Positions 6,975-15,107 of a stretch of 44,138 nucleotides of DNA are shown piece after piece (position 1 is the stretch's first letter; every line of letters starts with the position of its first letter). Location of the stretch: the sequence record MN927226.1; one strand, written 5' to 3'. Source of the stretch: Escherichia phage vB_EcoS_XY2. The position numbers and the translations under genes are program-made. The notes below the pieces were generated by a model that was given only the letters and a program-made list of their open reading frames with translations, had not been told where the DNA came from and did no database searches.

Positions 6975-8206
6975 AGGAACGCGGCGGAAATAACGATGTA
7001 CACGCCTTACTGTCGCCGTCTGGGGCTAAAAAGTGGCTTAGCTGCGCGGCATCACTGGCCTGTGAAAAAGATATTCCTAACACGTCAGGTAAAGCTGCGG
7101 TATTAGGCACAGCAATGCACACCATAGCTGAGATGCACCTTAACCAGTACATCAAAGGTACTGCGCTGCCGTTAGAGCGCGAAGTAGGCGCTTACGTGCT
7201 GGATGAGGGTAAAGGCCAGATTAAGGCGCTAATCAGTCCGATGAAAGGTGCTGTACTGATTACGGCGGATATGATTGAGCAGGTGCGCAAGTACACCGAC
7301 TACTGCAAAGCGATTATAGATGTAGCGACTTACGCCAAGCTGGAAATGCGCGTCAATCTTACTGAGGTATTGCATCCGGGGTATGAAGGCGTTGAGACGT
7401 TCGGAACCGCTGACATTGTTGCCGTTCAGGAACTGGCTAACACCGATGAGCACATGCTAATCATCGGCGACCTTAAAACCGGGCGACATCGTGTCGAAGC
7501 GAAAGAAAACAAGCAGCTTATGCTTTACGCTCTCGGTGTTTATCGCCGACTCAAGAGACGTTATAACATAACAGTTGTTCGTCTGGTAATCTTCCAGCCG
7601 TACACTGGCGGCGCGTCGGAGTGGGACATCTCGGTTGAAGGCCTTGAACTGTTCACTAAGTTCGCACAGAAACGCGCGCTGTTAGCTATCGATGCGTATT
7701 TCCGTGGGAAGAAGAACCTGAAAGCGTCGGACTTCAAGCCGTCGGTCGATGGTTGTCAGTGGTGTCGGTTCTCAGAACAGTGCGCCGCGCGTACAAAAAC
7801 CGTCAACTCTGTGCTGGCGGAAGAACTGGAGGACGATTTTGCGCTTGAGCTTACGCCAGAGCAACTCGTAGCTGAGTATGAGAAGTTGCCGCTGTTGCGC
7901 CAGCACATCGACAAGGTTGAGAAAGCTATGGCCGTCGCATTGCATTCCGGTAAGAAGGTGCCGGGGTACAAGCTGGTTGAAGGACGCCAGGGTAATCGTG
8001 CGTGGAAAGACGCAGAGAAAGTAGCAGAACTCTACGGCGACAAGCTGACTAAAGAAGTGCTCATGTCACCTACCGAAGCTGTTAAAGTGATACCGGAAGA
8101 AGAACTGAAAGACTTCATCACACGTAAGCCGGGTGCACCATGTGTTGCAACGGCAGACGACAAGCGTCCTGAGTGGGATCAGGTAACAGAGGAGGATTTG
8201 GAATGA
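6965..8206 (+). CDS. PD-(D/E)XK nuclease, DUF2800/Cas4-like, with C-terminal Cys cluster
   Basis: GDLKTGRHRVEAKENKQLMLYALGVY nuclease core and CQWCRFSEQC; ATG at 6965 after GGGAGAG. Confidence 0.7.
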   Translation: MVLKERGGNNDVHALLSPSGAKKWLSCAASLACEKDIPNTSGKAAVLGTAMHTIAEMHLNQYIKGTALPLEREVGAYVLDEGKGQIKALISPMKGAVLITADMIEQVRKYTDYCKAIIDVATYAKLEMRVNLTEVLHPGYEGVETFGTADIVAVQELANTDEHMLIIGDLKTGRHRVEAKENKQLMLYALGVYRRLKRRYNITVVRLVIFQPYTGGASEWDISVEGLELFTKFAQKRALLAIDAYFRGKKNLKASDFKPSVDGCQWCRFSEQCAARTKTVNSVLAEELEDDFALELTPEQLVAEYEKLPLLRQHIDKVEKAMAVALHSGKKVPGYKLVEGRQGNRAWKDAEKVAELYGDKLTKEVLMSPTEAVKVIPEEELKDFITRKPGAPCVATADDKRPEWDQVTEEDLE

Positions 8207-8376
8207 TGGTTTATATTCTCACGCGGTATCACCGCCGATATTCTATTCAAGAACTTGATATTGTTTCTGTTCACGCTAAACGCACCGACGCCGACAAAAT
8301 TGCAGAAGAGAAGAACTCGAAGCATGAGGCGGTGCAGCCCTATATTTATAAGGTAGTTCCGAAGAAACTTAAATAA
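8203..8376 (+). CDS. hypothetical protein (57 aa)
   Basis: ATGA overlap with nuclease stop; GAGGAGGA RBS lies in nuclease 3' end. Confidence 0.5.
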   Translation: MMVYILTRYHRRYSIQELDIVSVHAKRTDADKIAEEKNSKHEAVQPYIYKVVPKKLK

Positions 8377-8380
8377 AGTG

Positions 8381-8409
8381 TTGACACCTGAATAGTTAGC
8401 TATTATAGT
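8381..8409 (+). promoter_or_regulatory. sigma70 promoter TTGACA-N17-TATAGT with GAATAG-N4-CTATTA dyad
   Basis: Same architecture as 6092-6120; upstream of CDS 8464. Confidence 0.6.
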
Positions 8410-8463
8410 TCTAATCACTGACCGGGCAGCTTCCCGGAGTAAACTGAAAAGCGAGAAATCACG

Positions 8464-9090
8464 ATGGGTATTAAACTGAATCTGCGTAAAGTAAACACTG
8501 CATGGGTTAACGTATTTGAACGTGAAAAAGACCGTGAAAACGATGATGGCTCAATCACTAAAGGCCAGTACAGCGCGACTATCATCCTGCCGTATGACCA
8601 TGCTCAAATCGATGCACTCTACGGCACCGTTTACGCTGTAGTTGAAGAAGCGTTAGGCGCAGCCGCTGCCGAGAAATGGATGAAGTCCAACTACGGTGAA
8701 GGTAAGCACATGGATAAATGCGCGATTAAAGACATTGCCGAGCGCGACAATCCGTTTGAAGACTTCCCGGAAGGCTTCTACTTCAAAGCGAAGGCACAGA
8801 AACAGCCGCTGATTGTAACCTCTAAAAAAGGTGAGACTCAGGTAGAGCAGGACTTCAACGTAGACGGCGAACAGATTGAAGGTGAACAGGTTTACAGCGG
8901 ATGCTTAGCTAACGTAAGCGTTGAAATCTGGTTCAGCCAGAAATACAAAGTCCTCGGCGTTAACCTGCTGGCGATTAAATACGTTGGCGAAGGCAAAGCG
9001 TTCGGCGGTTCTAAAGTCGCTGCGAGCGTCAATGACCTGGAAGACGACGAAGAAGATGAAGCACCGCGCCGCGAACGTCGCCGCCGCTAA
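8464..9090 (+). CDS. DUF2815-like putative ssDNA-binding protein
   Basis: ORF track; sits between DUF2800 nuclease and DNA polymerase; acidic tail DLEDDEEDE. Confidence 0.55.
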   Translation: MGIKLNLRKVNTAWVNVFEREKDRENDDGSITKGQYSATIILPYDHAQIDALYGTVYAVVEEALGAAAAEKWMKSNYGEGKHMDKCAIKDIAERDNPFEDFPEGFYFKAKAQKQPLIVTSKKGETQVEQDFNVDGEQIEGEQVYSGCLANVSVEIWFSQKYKVLGVNLLAIKYVGEGKAFGGSKVAASVNDLEDDEEDEAPRRERRRR

Positions 9091-9109
9091 TATCTGAATC
9101 AATTTAACT

Positions 9110-9132
9110 AAGGCCCTTCATTGGGCCTTTTT
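9110..9132 (+). terminator. Rho-independent terminator AAGGCCC-ttcatt-GGGCCTT then TTTTT
   Basis: Hairpin plus T-tract after stop of 8464..9090. Confidence 0.65.
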
Positions 9133-9149
9133 ACTAGGGGTCAAAAATA

Positions 9150-11351
9150 ATGAGTTACCTGTTCTTAGACTTTGAAACATTCTCAGAAGCCGATTTGAAG
9201 AAAGTCGGTTCTTACGCTTACGCCGAACACCCGTCAACCGAAGTGCTTATCTGTACATATGCTTTTGACGACGAACCTGTGCGGGTATGGGATTGCACCG
9301 ACGGCAGCGACATGCCGGGGGATTTACACCGCGCACTGCGCCGCCTTGTTAAGCCCAACAGCCGCATCAAGATGGTGTGGCACAACGGTGGACTTTTCGA
9401 TCGCCTAATCATGAAACACTGCTGGGACTTTGATATTCCGGTAAGTAACACCATTGATACTATGATTTGGGCGTTCCGCCACGCGCTGCCGGGTTCTCTT
9501 GATGCGCTGTGCGAAGTGCTGGGCGTGTCTGCAGACAACGCGAAAGATAAACGCGGCAAGGCTCTGATTAAGCGTTTCTCTAAACCGACGCCGAAGAACT
9601 ACAAAATCCGCCGCTACACCGCAGAAACTCACCCTGACGAGTGGGCGATGTTCATCAGGTACGCCGTGAGCGACATCACTGCGATGCGTGAAGTCTTCCA
9701 TAAGCTGCCGCGTTGGGGTAACTCCGAGTTCGAAGACCGTGTACTGGAACTTGACCAGTTAATCAACGACCGCGGATTTAAGGTTGACGTCGCACTGGCG
9801 GAAGCCGCGATTGAAGCCGTAGAGAAGCACAAGGCACAGTTACAGGAAGAAGCTCAACGTAAATACGGCGGCTCGCTTACCGGTAAAGACTTCCTTCCGA
9901 TTCTGCGTGAACTTTCGCCCGCGCACCGCATACACAATGCACAGAAGTCGACGCTTAACGACCTGTTGGCAGATGATGATTTACCGGACGACGCCCGGAT
10001 GATTATCGAAATGCGCCTCGGGGCCGCGTCAACAGCGTCAACGAAATATACCCCGCTGCTGTTGGGCCGCTCGTCGGACGACCGCCGTCGTGGTTGCTTG
10101 CAGTACGGCGGAGCGAAACGTACTCTGCGATGGGCGGGTAAAGGATTCCAGCCGCAGAACCTGGCGCGAGGTTACTATCACGATGATGAACTGGATAAAG
10201 GCATTTCAGCGTTACTTAAGGGTCGAGCGCATCGCCGTTTTGATGTAGCCAAGCTAACAGCATCTACGGTTCGTAGCTGCATTATCCCGGAAGCGGGGTA
10301 TAAGTTTGTCGTTGCCGATTACTCTAACGTTGAAGGCCGTGGTTTAGCGTGGCTGGCCGGAGAAGAAACCGCGCTCGATACGTTCCGCGCCGGACTGGAT
10401 ATTTACTGCGTAACCGCAGGTAAGATGTTCGGCATGGACCCCGATGACATTAAGAAAAACTTCAAGGAAATCAGACAGATAGGCAAGGCTTGCGAGCTTG
10501 GCCTCGGCTATGAAGGCGGCGTCGGAGCGTTCGTTACGTTCGCCAAAAACTTAGGTCTTGACCTTATTGAGATGGCAAAAACAATGGACGGTACATTCCC
10601 CGACCACATCTGGTCAGCCACCGCGAGAGGATATGAATGGGCGCGCATCCAGGAAGCCAAGCGCCCCCCGCATCCAGGTGAAAAGGACGACAGGCCATCA
10701 TATATTCTTGATAAAAAAGTATGGCGTACTTGTGACGCTATCAAGCGTATGTGGCGCGAGTCACACCCGGAAACAGTAGCGTTCTGGCGCGACCTTAAAG
10801 ATGGAATTTTAGCCGCTGTGCGTAATCCTGGTCGTGAATTTTGGGCGGGGGCACACTTGCGCAGAAATGGGGAAAGGGCTATCCGCATATGGCGTACTGT
10901 AGAATTTGATTCATCCGGTAGGAAGGTTCCGGGTTGGTGGTTGTGTATGGAGTTGCCGTCTGGCCGTATCCTCTCGTATCCGGGAATCGGGGTTAGTGTG
11001 ACAAAGGAAACAGATGAAGACGGACGGGTGAACACGAATGTGCGAATCAAGTATCAAGGTGAAAACCAGTTAACCCGCCAATGGACTACCCTGTACACAC
11101 ACGGCGGCAAAGCCTGCGAAAACATTGTTCAGGCGCTGTGCCGGGATTTACTCGCATATGCGATGATTAAGGTTGAGGATGGCGGGTATCCCATCGTGCT
11201 TTCGGTACACGATGAACTGGTGTGCGAAACTCCAGATACGCCGGAATACAGTGTGGCTGAACTGGAACGATTGATGTGCGCGTTGCCTGAGTGGGCAGAA
11301 GGCTTCCCTCTTGTAGCGGAAGGTAGCGAAATGTACAGATATGCTAAATGA
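9150..11351 (+). CDS. family-A DNA polymerase with N-terminal 3'-5' exonuclease domain
   Basis: N-terminal FLDFETFS exonuclease motif; 733-aa ORF. Confidence 0.8.
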   Translation: MSYLFLDFETFSEADLKKVGSYAYAEHPSTEVLICTYAFDDEPVRVWDCTDGSDMPGDLHRALRRLVKPNSRIKMVWHNGGLFDRLIMKHCWDFDIPVSNTIDTMIWAFRHALPGSLDALCEVLGVSADNAKDKRGKALIKRFSKPTPKNYKIRRYTAETHPDEWAMFIRYAVSDITAMREVFHKLPRWGNSEFEDRVLELDQLINDRGFKVDVALAEAAIEAVEKHKAQLQEEAQRKYGGSLTGKDFLPILRELSPAHRIHNAQKSTLNDLLADDDLPDDARMIIEMRLGAASTASTKYTPLLLGRSSDDRRRGCLQYGGAKRTLRWAGKGFQPQNLARGYYHDDELDKGISALLKGRAHRRFDVAKLTASTVRSCIIPEAGYKFVVADYSNVEGRGLAWLAGEETALDTFRAGLDIYCVTAGKMFGMDPDDIKKNFKEIRQIGKACELGLGYEGGVGAFVTFAKNLGLDLIEMAKTMDGTFPDHIWSATARGYEWARIQEAKRPPHPGEKDDRPSYILDKKVWRTCDAIKRMWRESHPETVAFWRDLKDGILAAVRNPGREFWAGAHLRRNGERAIRIWRTVEFDSSGRKVPGWWLCMELPSGRILSYPGIGVSVTKETDEDGRVNTNVRIKYQGENQLTRQWTTLYTHGGKACENIVQALCRDLLAYAMIKVEDGGYPIVLSVHDELVCETPDTPEYSVAELERLMCALPEWAEGFPLVAEGSEMYRYAK

Positions 11352-11364
11352 TGAGGGGCGATTT

Positions 11365-11862
11365 ATGAGAGATTTAATTAATTGGCATGACCATTTCTAC
11401 TACGAACCTGACACGGGGAAGATACGATGGAAGTATTCCCCGAGACACAGTATAAACGCCGGAGACGAAGCCGGTAGCCCAAGTAAGAGGGGCTACATCT
11501 GTATCGTCGTCAGAGGGGTTAGTTACAGGGCTAATCGCATCGCGTGGGAGATGTATAACAATGACCGTTTAGGGCCTGATGATGAGGTAGACCATATAAA
11601 TCACATCCTGGATGATAATCGTGCATGCAACCTTCGGAAAGTATCCCGTACTGATAATAACCGAAACGCATCTCGCAGAAAAGATAACAAGTCAGGCCTC
11701 ACTGGTGTGCACTGGAACGCACGGGCGGATAAATGGAAAGCAGGGATATTCGTTGACGGTAAACTTATATTCCTGGGCCACCATGACAATATATTTGACG
11801 CGGCTTGTGCCCGGAAATCTGCGATTGTTCGCTACGGCTTTCATGAGAATCACGGAGGTTAG
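11365..11862 (+). CDS. HNH homing endonuclease with AP2-like DNA-binding domain
   Basis: VDHINHILDDNRACNLR HNH motif; GVHWNARADKWKAGIFVDGK AP2-like; GAGGGG RBS before ATG 11365. Confidence 0.7.
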   Translation: MRDLINWHDHFYYEPDTGKIRWKYSPRHSINAGDEAGSPSKRGYICIVVRGVSYRANRIAWEMYNNDRLGPDDEVDHINHILDDNRACNLRKVSRTDNNRNASRRKDNKSGLTGVHWNARADKWKAGIFVDGKLIFLGHHDNIFDAACARKSAIVRYGFHENHGG

Positions 11863-11863
11863 A

Positions 11864-11995
11864 ATGCCAAGTAAACTGATTATCGCGGTACTGGCGGGAT
11901 TTGCCGCCGGTGTCTACTGTCACGAGGGACAATACGGCATGATGGTTGCCATATTGGGCATGTTCATCGCAATTTATATGTGGGTGCTGGAATGA
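11864..11995 (+). CDS. small membrane protein (43 aa)
   Basis: Hand-translated MPSKLIIAVLAGFAAGVYCHEGQYGMMVAILGMFIAIYMWVLE; GGAGG RBS. Confidence 0.45.
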   Translation: MPSKLIIAVLAGFAAGVYCHEGQYGMMVAILGMFIAIYMWVLE

Positions 11996-12081
11996 AAATT
12001 TACTGGTTTTATGAAGAAGACTGCCGAATCTGCCCGCGCTGCGGGATTGAGCATACGAAACGTGAGGGGTGCGTATTATGA
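11992..12081 (+). CDS. tiny Cys-rich peptide (29 aa)
   Basis: MKIYWFYEEDCRICPRCGIEHTKREGCVL; ATGA overlaps on both sides. Confidence 0.35.
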   Translation: MKIYWFYEEDCRICPRCGIEHTKREGCVL

Positions 12082-12230
12082 CAATGTTTGTATTTAGGAC
12101 CATAGTAACCATGCTCGCACTGTTACTCGGTGCGGGAATAGCTGCTATGTTCTGTTACGGCCTGTTCTTTCAGTTTGCCGGTGTTGCCATTCTAGGCTGG
12201 GTTTTCCTTACCTGGATGCTGCGGTCATGA
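12078..12230 (+). CDS. small membrane protein (50 aa)
   Basis: MTMFVFRTIVTMLALLLGAGIAAMFCYGLFFQFAGVAILGWVFLTWMLRS; ATGA overlaps. Confidence 0.45.
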   Translation: MTMFVFRTIVTMLALLLGAGIAAMFCYGLFFQFAGVAILGWVFLTWMLRS

Positions 12231-12559
12231 CTAAAGAGGGCCGCATCCAGAAATACGCAAAAGAGCGATTCGAGGCCATTGGTGGCCTCGTTCGTAAACT
12301 TTCCTACGAAGGACGTTCAGGCGCTCCTGACCTGCTGGCAATTCTACCCGGCGGCATCGTCTGGTTCGTCGAGGTGAAGAAAGACGAAAACACTAAGCCA
12401 GACCCGCACCAGCTACGGGAACACGAGCGTATACGTAAACGTGGCGCAAATGTTTTTGTCGTTGGTTCGATAAAACAGATTGACACCCTAATAGCAGACT
12501 ATTATAGTAAGCACATACCCCAACAATATAAGGAATTTAGAAATGAAACACGAATATGA
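12227..12559 (+). CDS. VRR-NUC domain nuclease
   Basis: GAPDLLAILPGGIVWFVEVKK core read as VRR-NUC. Confidence 0.7.
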   Translation: MTKEGRIQKYAKERFEAIGGLVRKLSYEGRSGAPDLLAILPGGIVWFVEVKKDENTKPDPHQLREHERIRKRGANVFVVGSIKQIDTLIADYYSKHIPQQYKEFRNETRI

Positions 12560-12734
12560 CCGCAAACCAGCACGTGACATCGTACCAGGCGACATGATTT
12601 TCAACGTTAAGACCCGTCGTCCTGTTGCCGTTGATACGGTGTTCGTCGAGTCGAACGGTAAACTGGTTATTGAAGACGTAACCGGTAACGTTACGGCGTT
12701 CGGGCGTAAAGAGTTAGTTCTGGTGGCGAAATGA
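12543..12734 (+). CDS. hypothetical protein (63 aa)
   Basis: ORF track. Confidence 0.5.
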   Translation: MKHEYDRKPARDIVPGDMIFNVKTRRPVAVDTVFVESNGKLVIEDVTGNVTAFGRKELVLVAK

Positions 12735-13528
12735 ACTATTACAACGAATGGGATAAAGGCGCAGCCGCGTGGCTGCGTGAATTAATTAACAATAAACTAA
12801 TTCCTTACGGATATGTCGATGAACGATCAATCACCGAAGTCACCCCTTCAGACCTGGAAGGATTTACACAGTGTCACTTCTTTGCCGGAATCGGAGGGTG
12901 GCCCCTTGCACTCCAGCTGGCAGGAATACCAGAAAGCACTCGACTCTGGACAGGATCACCACCTTGCCAGCCGTTTAGCGTTGCCGGTAAGTCTCTCGGA
13001 TTTGACGACGATCGACACCTTGCCCCAGCATTTCTCAGGCTCATCAGAGAGTGCAAGCCTGAATTGCTGTTTGGAGAGCAGGTTGCAGCAGCAATTGGGA
13101 AGCACTGGCTCGATTTTGTATTCCTTAACCTGGAAGACAAAGGCTACGCCTGCGGGGCGTCAGTATTGCCAGCTTGCAGCGTCGGCTCTCCACAGGAAAG
13201 GAAAAGAATCATCTTTGGCGCGAGGATGGGCGACACCAACGGCGCGAGGATGGAAGGATTACGGGGATCTCAGCAAGACATTTTACAGAAAGGACGGAAA
13301 ATTCAGGAACGATACTCTTTATCGCCAGATGTGGCTTCATGTTTATGGGATTCATGGAAACCCAACCATGGAGCAGATAAGGAAACTAGAGTCATACCAG
13401 GCGGATTTTGCGAGGCAACTCATGGGGTATCCGCAAGAGTGGGACGATTGCGCGGTTACGGCAATGCCATCGTCCCGCAAGTAGCCGCTGAATTTATAAA
13501 GGCGTTCATGGGGGCAGTAAATGAGTAA
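12731..13528 (+). CDS. DNA cytosine-5 methyltransferase (compact; possibly frameshifted)
   Basis: FAGIGGW, SPPCQPFSVAGK, PQERKRIIFGAR, GNAIVPQV motifs in this frame; a GYP-type motif lies in overlapping frame. Confidence 0.65.
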   Translation: MNYYNEWDKGAAAWLRELINNKLIPYGYVDERSITEVTPSDLEGFTQCHFFAGIGGWPLALQLAGIPESTRLWTGSPPCQPFSVAGKSLGFDDDRHLAPAFLRLIRECKPELLFGEQVAAAIGKHWLDFVFLNLEDKGYACGASVLPACSVGSPQERKRIIFGARMGDTNGARMEGLRGSQQDILQKGRKIQERYSLSPDVASCLWDSWKPNHGADKETRVIPGGFCEATHGVSARVGRLRGYGNAIVPQVAAEFIKAFMGAVNE

Positions 13529-14945
13529 GTTTCAAAGGCGTGAGTACCAAAAGCTCATGACTTCGTTCATGCTGCAGCATCCACGCTGTAATATCTGGTG
13601 CGGCATGGGAGGGGGTAAAACCTCCTCCACTATGTGGGTGCTAAACCGCTTGTTCCGCAACGGGAAGCTTACGGAAGAGGACCGTGTGTTAATCCTCGCC
13701 CCGTTGCGTGTTGCGTCCGGCACATGGCCTGCTGAACAAACTAAGTGGGGTTTCCCGTGTCTGCGTGTCGTCGATGCGACTGGTTTGGAGAAGCGCCGCA
13801 TCGCGGCGCTGGAGTCAGATGCTAACGTGGTGTGCACGAACTACGAAGTTATCGAGTGGCTTATTGACTACTACGGCAAAGACGACTGGCCTTTTACGGT
13901 TATCGTCGCCGATGAAAGCACGAAGCTCAAGTCATTCCGTAGCCGTTCTGGAGGCAGCAAGAGGGCAAAGGCGCTTAGTAAAGTGGCATTTGGCAAAGTT
14001 AAGCGTTTCATTAACCTGACTGGCACGCCGTCACCAAACGGCCTCAAGGACTTGTGGGGGCAGAACTGGTTTATCGACGCTGGCGAGCGCCTCGGTTCTT
14101 CGTACACGTCATTCACTGACCGCTGGTTTAACTCGGTACAGAAAGGTAAGTCCGCGATGGCGCGCGAGTATCATGCCCGCCCTGGTGCGGATAATGAGAT
14201 TCACCAGAAGATGAAAGACATCAGCCTGACTATCGACCCTGCTGAGTGGTTCGGTTGTGAAGCGCCTGTTATCGTGCCGGTTGAAATCGACCTGCCGAAG
14301 AAAGCGCGTCAGGCGTACATCGATATGGAGGAGAAGTTATTCGCGGAACTTGAGAGCGGGGAAGTTGAAGCGGCTAACGCTGCGGCGAAAACATCAAAAT
14401 GCTTGCAGATTGCATCCGGTGCCGTATATGTATCAGGGCCGGACGGAGAAGCAACCAAAGACTGGGAGAAAGTGCACGACACGAAGCTGGATGCGCTGGA
14501 GTCCATCGTGGAGGAGTTACAAGGTGCGCCGTTGCTGGTGGCCTATCAGTTTAAGCACGAACTGGAGCGCATCCTTAAGCGATTCCCACAAGCACAGGCC
14601 TTTGCCAAAGGTGCCGGGGGTAATAAGCAGATGGAAGCGTGGAACCGCGGTGAAGTAGAAATCTTATGCGTACATCCTGCGTCAGCGGGCCATGGTTTGA
14701 ATTTACAAGACGGCGGACATCATCTGGCATTCATCTCACAAGGCTGGAACCTTGAGCACTATTTGCAGGTTGTCGAGCGTATAGGCCCGGTCCGTCAGAA
14801 ACAGGCGGGCCACGAGCGCCCGGTGTTCCTCTATCACATCGTTGCTAAAGACACGCTGGATGAGGTTGTTGCGGCGCGTACGGACGAGAAGAAATCGGTC
14901 CAGGAAGAGTTGCTTAATTACATGAAGAGACGAGGTAAGAAATGA
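13521..14945 (+). CDS. SNF2-family helicase
   Basis: Walker A GMGGGKTS, DEST box VIVADEST, C-terminal helicase motifs. Confidence 0.8.
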   Translation: MSKFQRREYQKLMTSFMLQHPRCNIWCGMGGGKTSSTMWVLNRLFRNGKLTEEDRVLILAPLRVASGTWPAEQTKWGFPCLRVVDATGLEKRRIAALESDANVVCTNYEVIEWLIDYYGKDDWPFTVIVADESTKLKSFRSRSGGSKRAKALSKVAFGKVKRFINLTGTPSPNGLKDLWGQNWFIDAGERLGSSYTSFTDRWFNSVQKGKSAMAREYHARPGADNEIHQKMKDISLTIDPAEWFGCEAPVIVPVEIDLPKKARQAYIDMEEKLFAELESGEVEAANAAAKTSKCLQIASGAVYVSGPDGEATKDWEKVHDTKLDALESIVEELQGAPLLVAYQFKHELERILKRFPQAQAFAKGAGGNKQMEAWNRGEVEILCVHPASAGHGLNLQDGGHHLAFISQGWNLEHYLQVVERIGPVRQKQAGHERPVFLYHIVAKDTLDEVVAARTDEKKSVQEELLNYMKRRGKK

Positions 14946-15079
14946 ACATCATAGCTCCTATTCCAGCATTGCAAAAACGTATCAAGGAACTGGAAGAAGA
15001 GGTTCTACGCCTACGGCAACAGAGAGATGCCGCTAATGCGCAACTGGCGTTTGTGCTGGAGAAGTTATCGGAAGAGTAG
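14942..15079 (+). CDS. small coiled-coil protein (45 aa)
   Basis: Hand-translated MNIIAPIPALQKRIKELEEEVLRLRQQRDAANAQLAFVLEKLSEE; ATGA overlap. Confidence 0.45.
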   Translation: MNIIAPIPALQKRIKELEEEVLRLRQQRDAANAQLAFVLEKLSEE

Positions 15080-15083
15080 AGAA

Positions 15084-15103
15084 AAGGCCCCAAACGGGGC
15101 CTT
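15084..15103. terminator. bidirectional terminator AAGGCCCC-aaac-GGGGCCTT
   Basis: Perfect 8-bp stem between converging plus module and tailspike gene. Confidence 0.7.
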
Positions 15104-15107
15104 AGTT

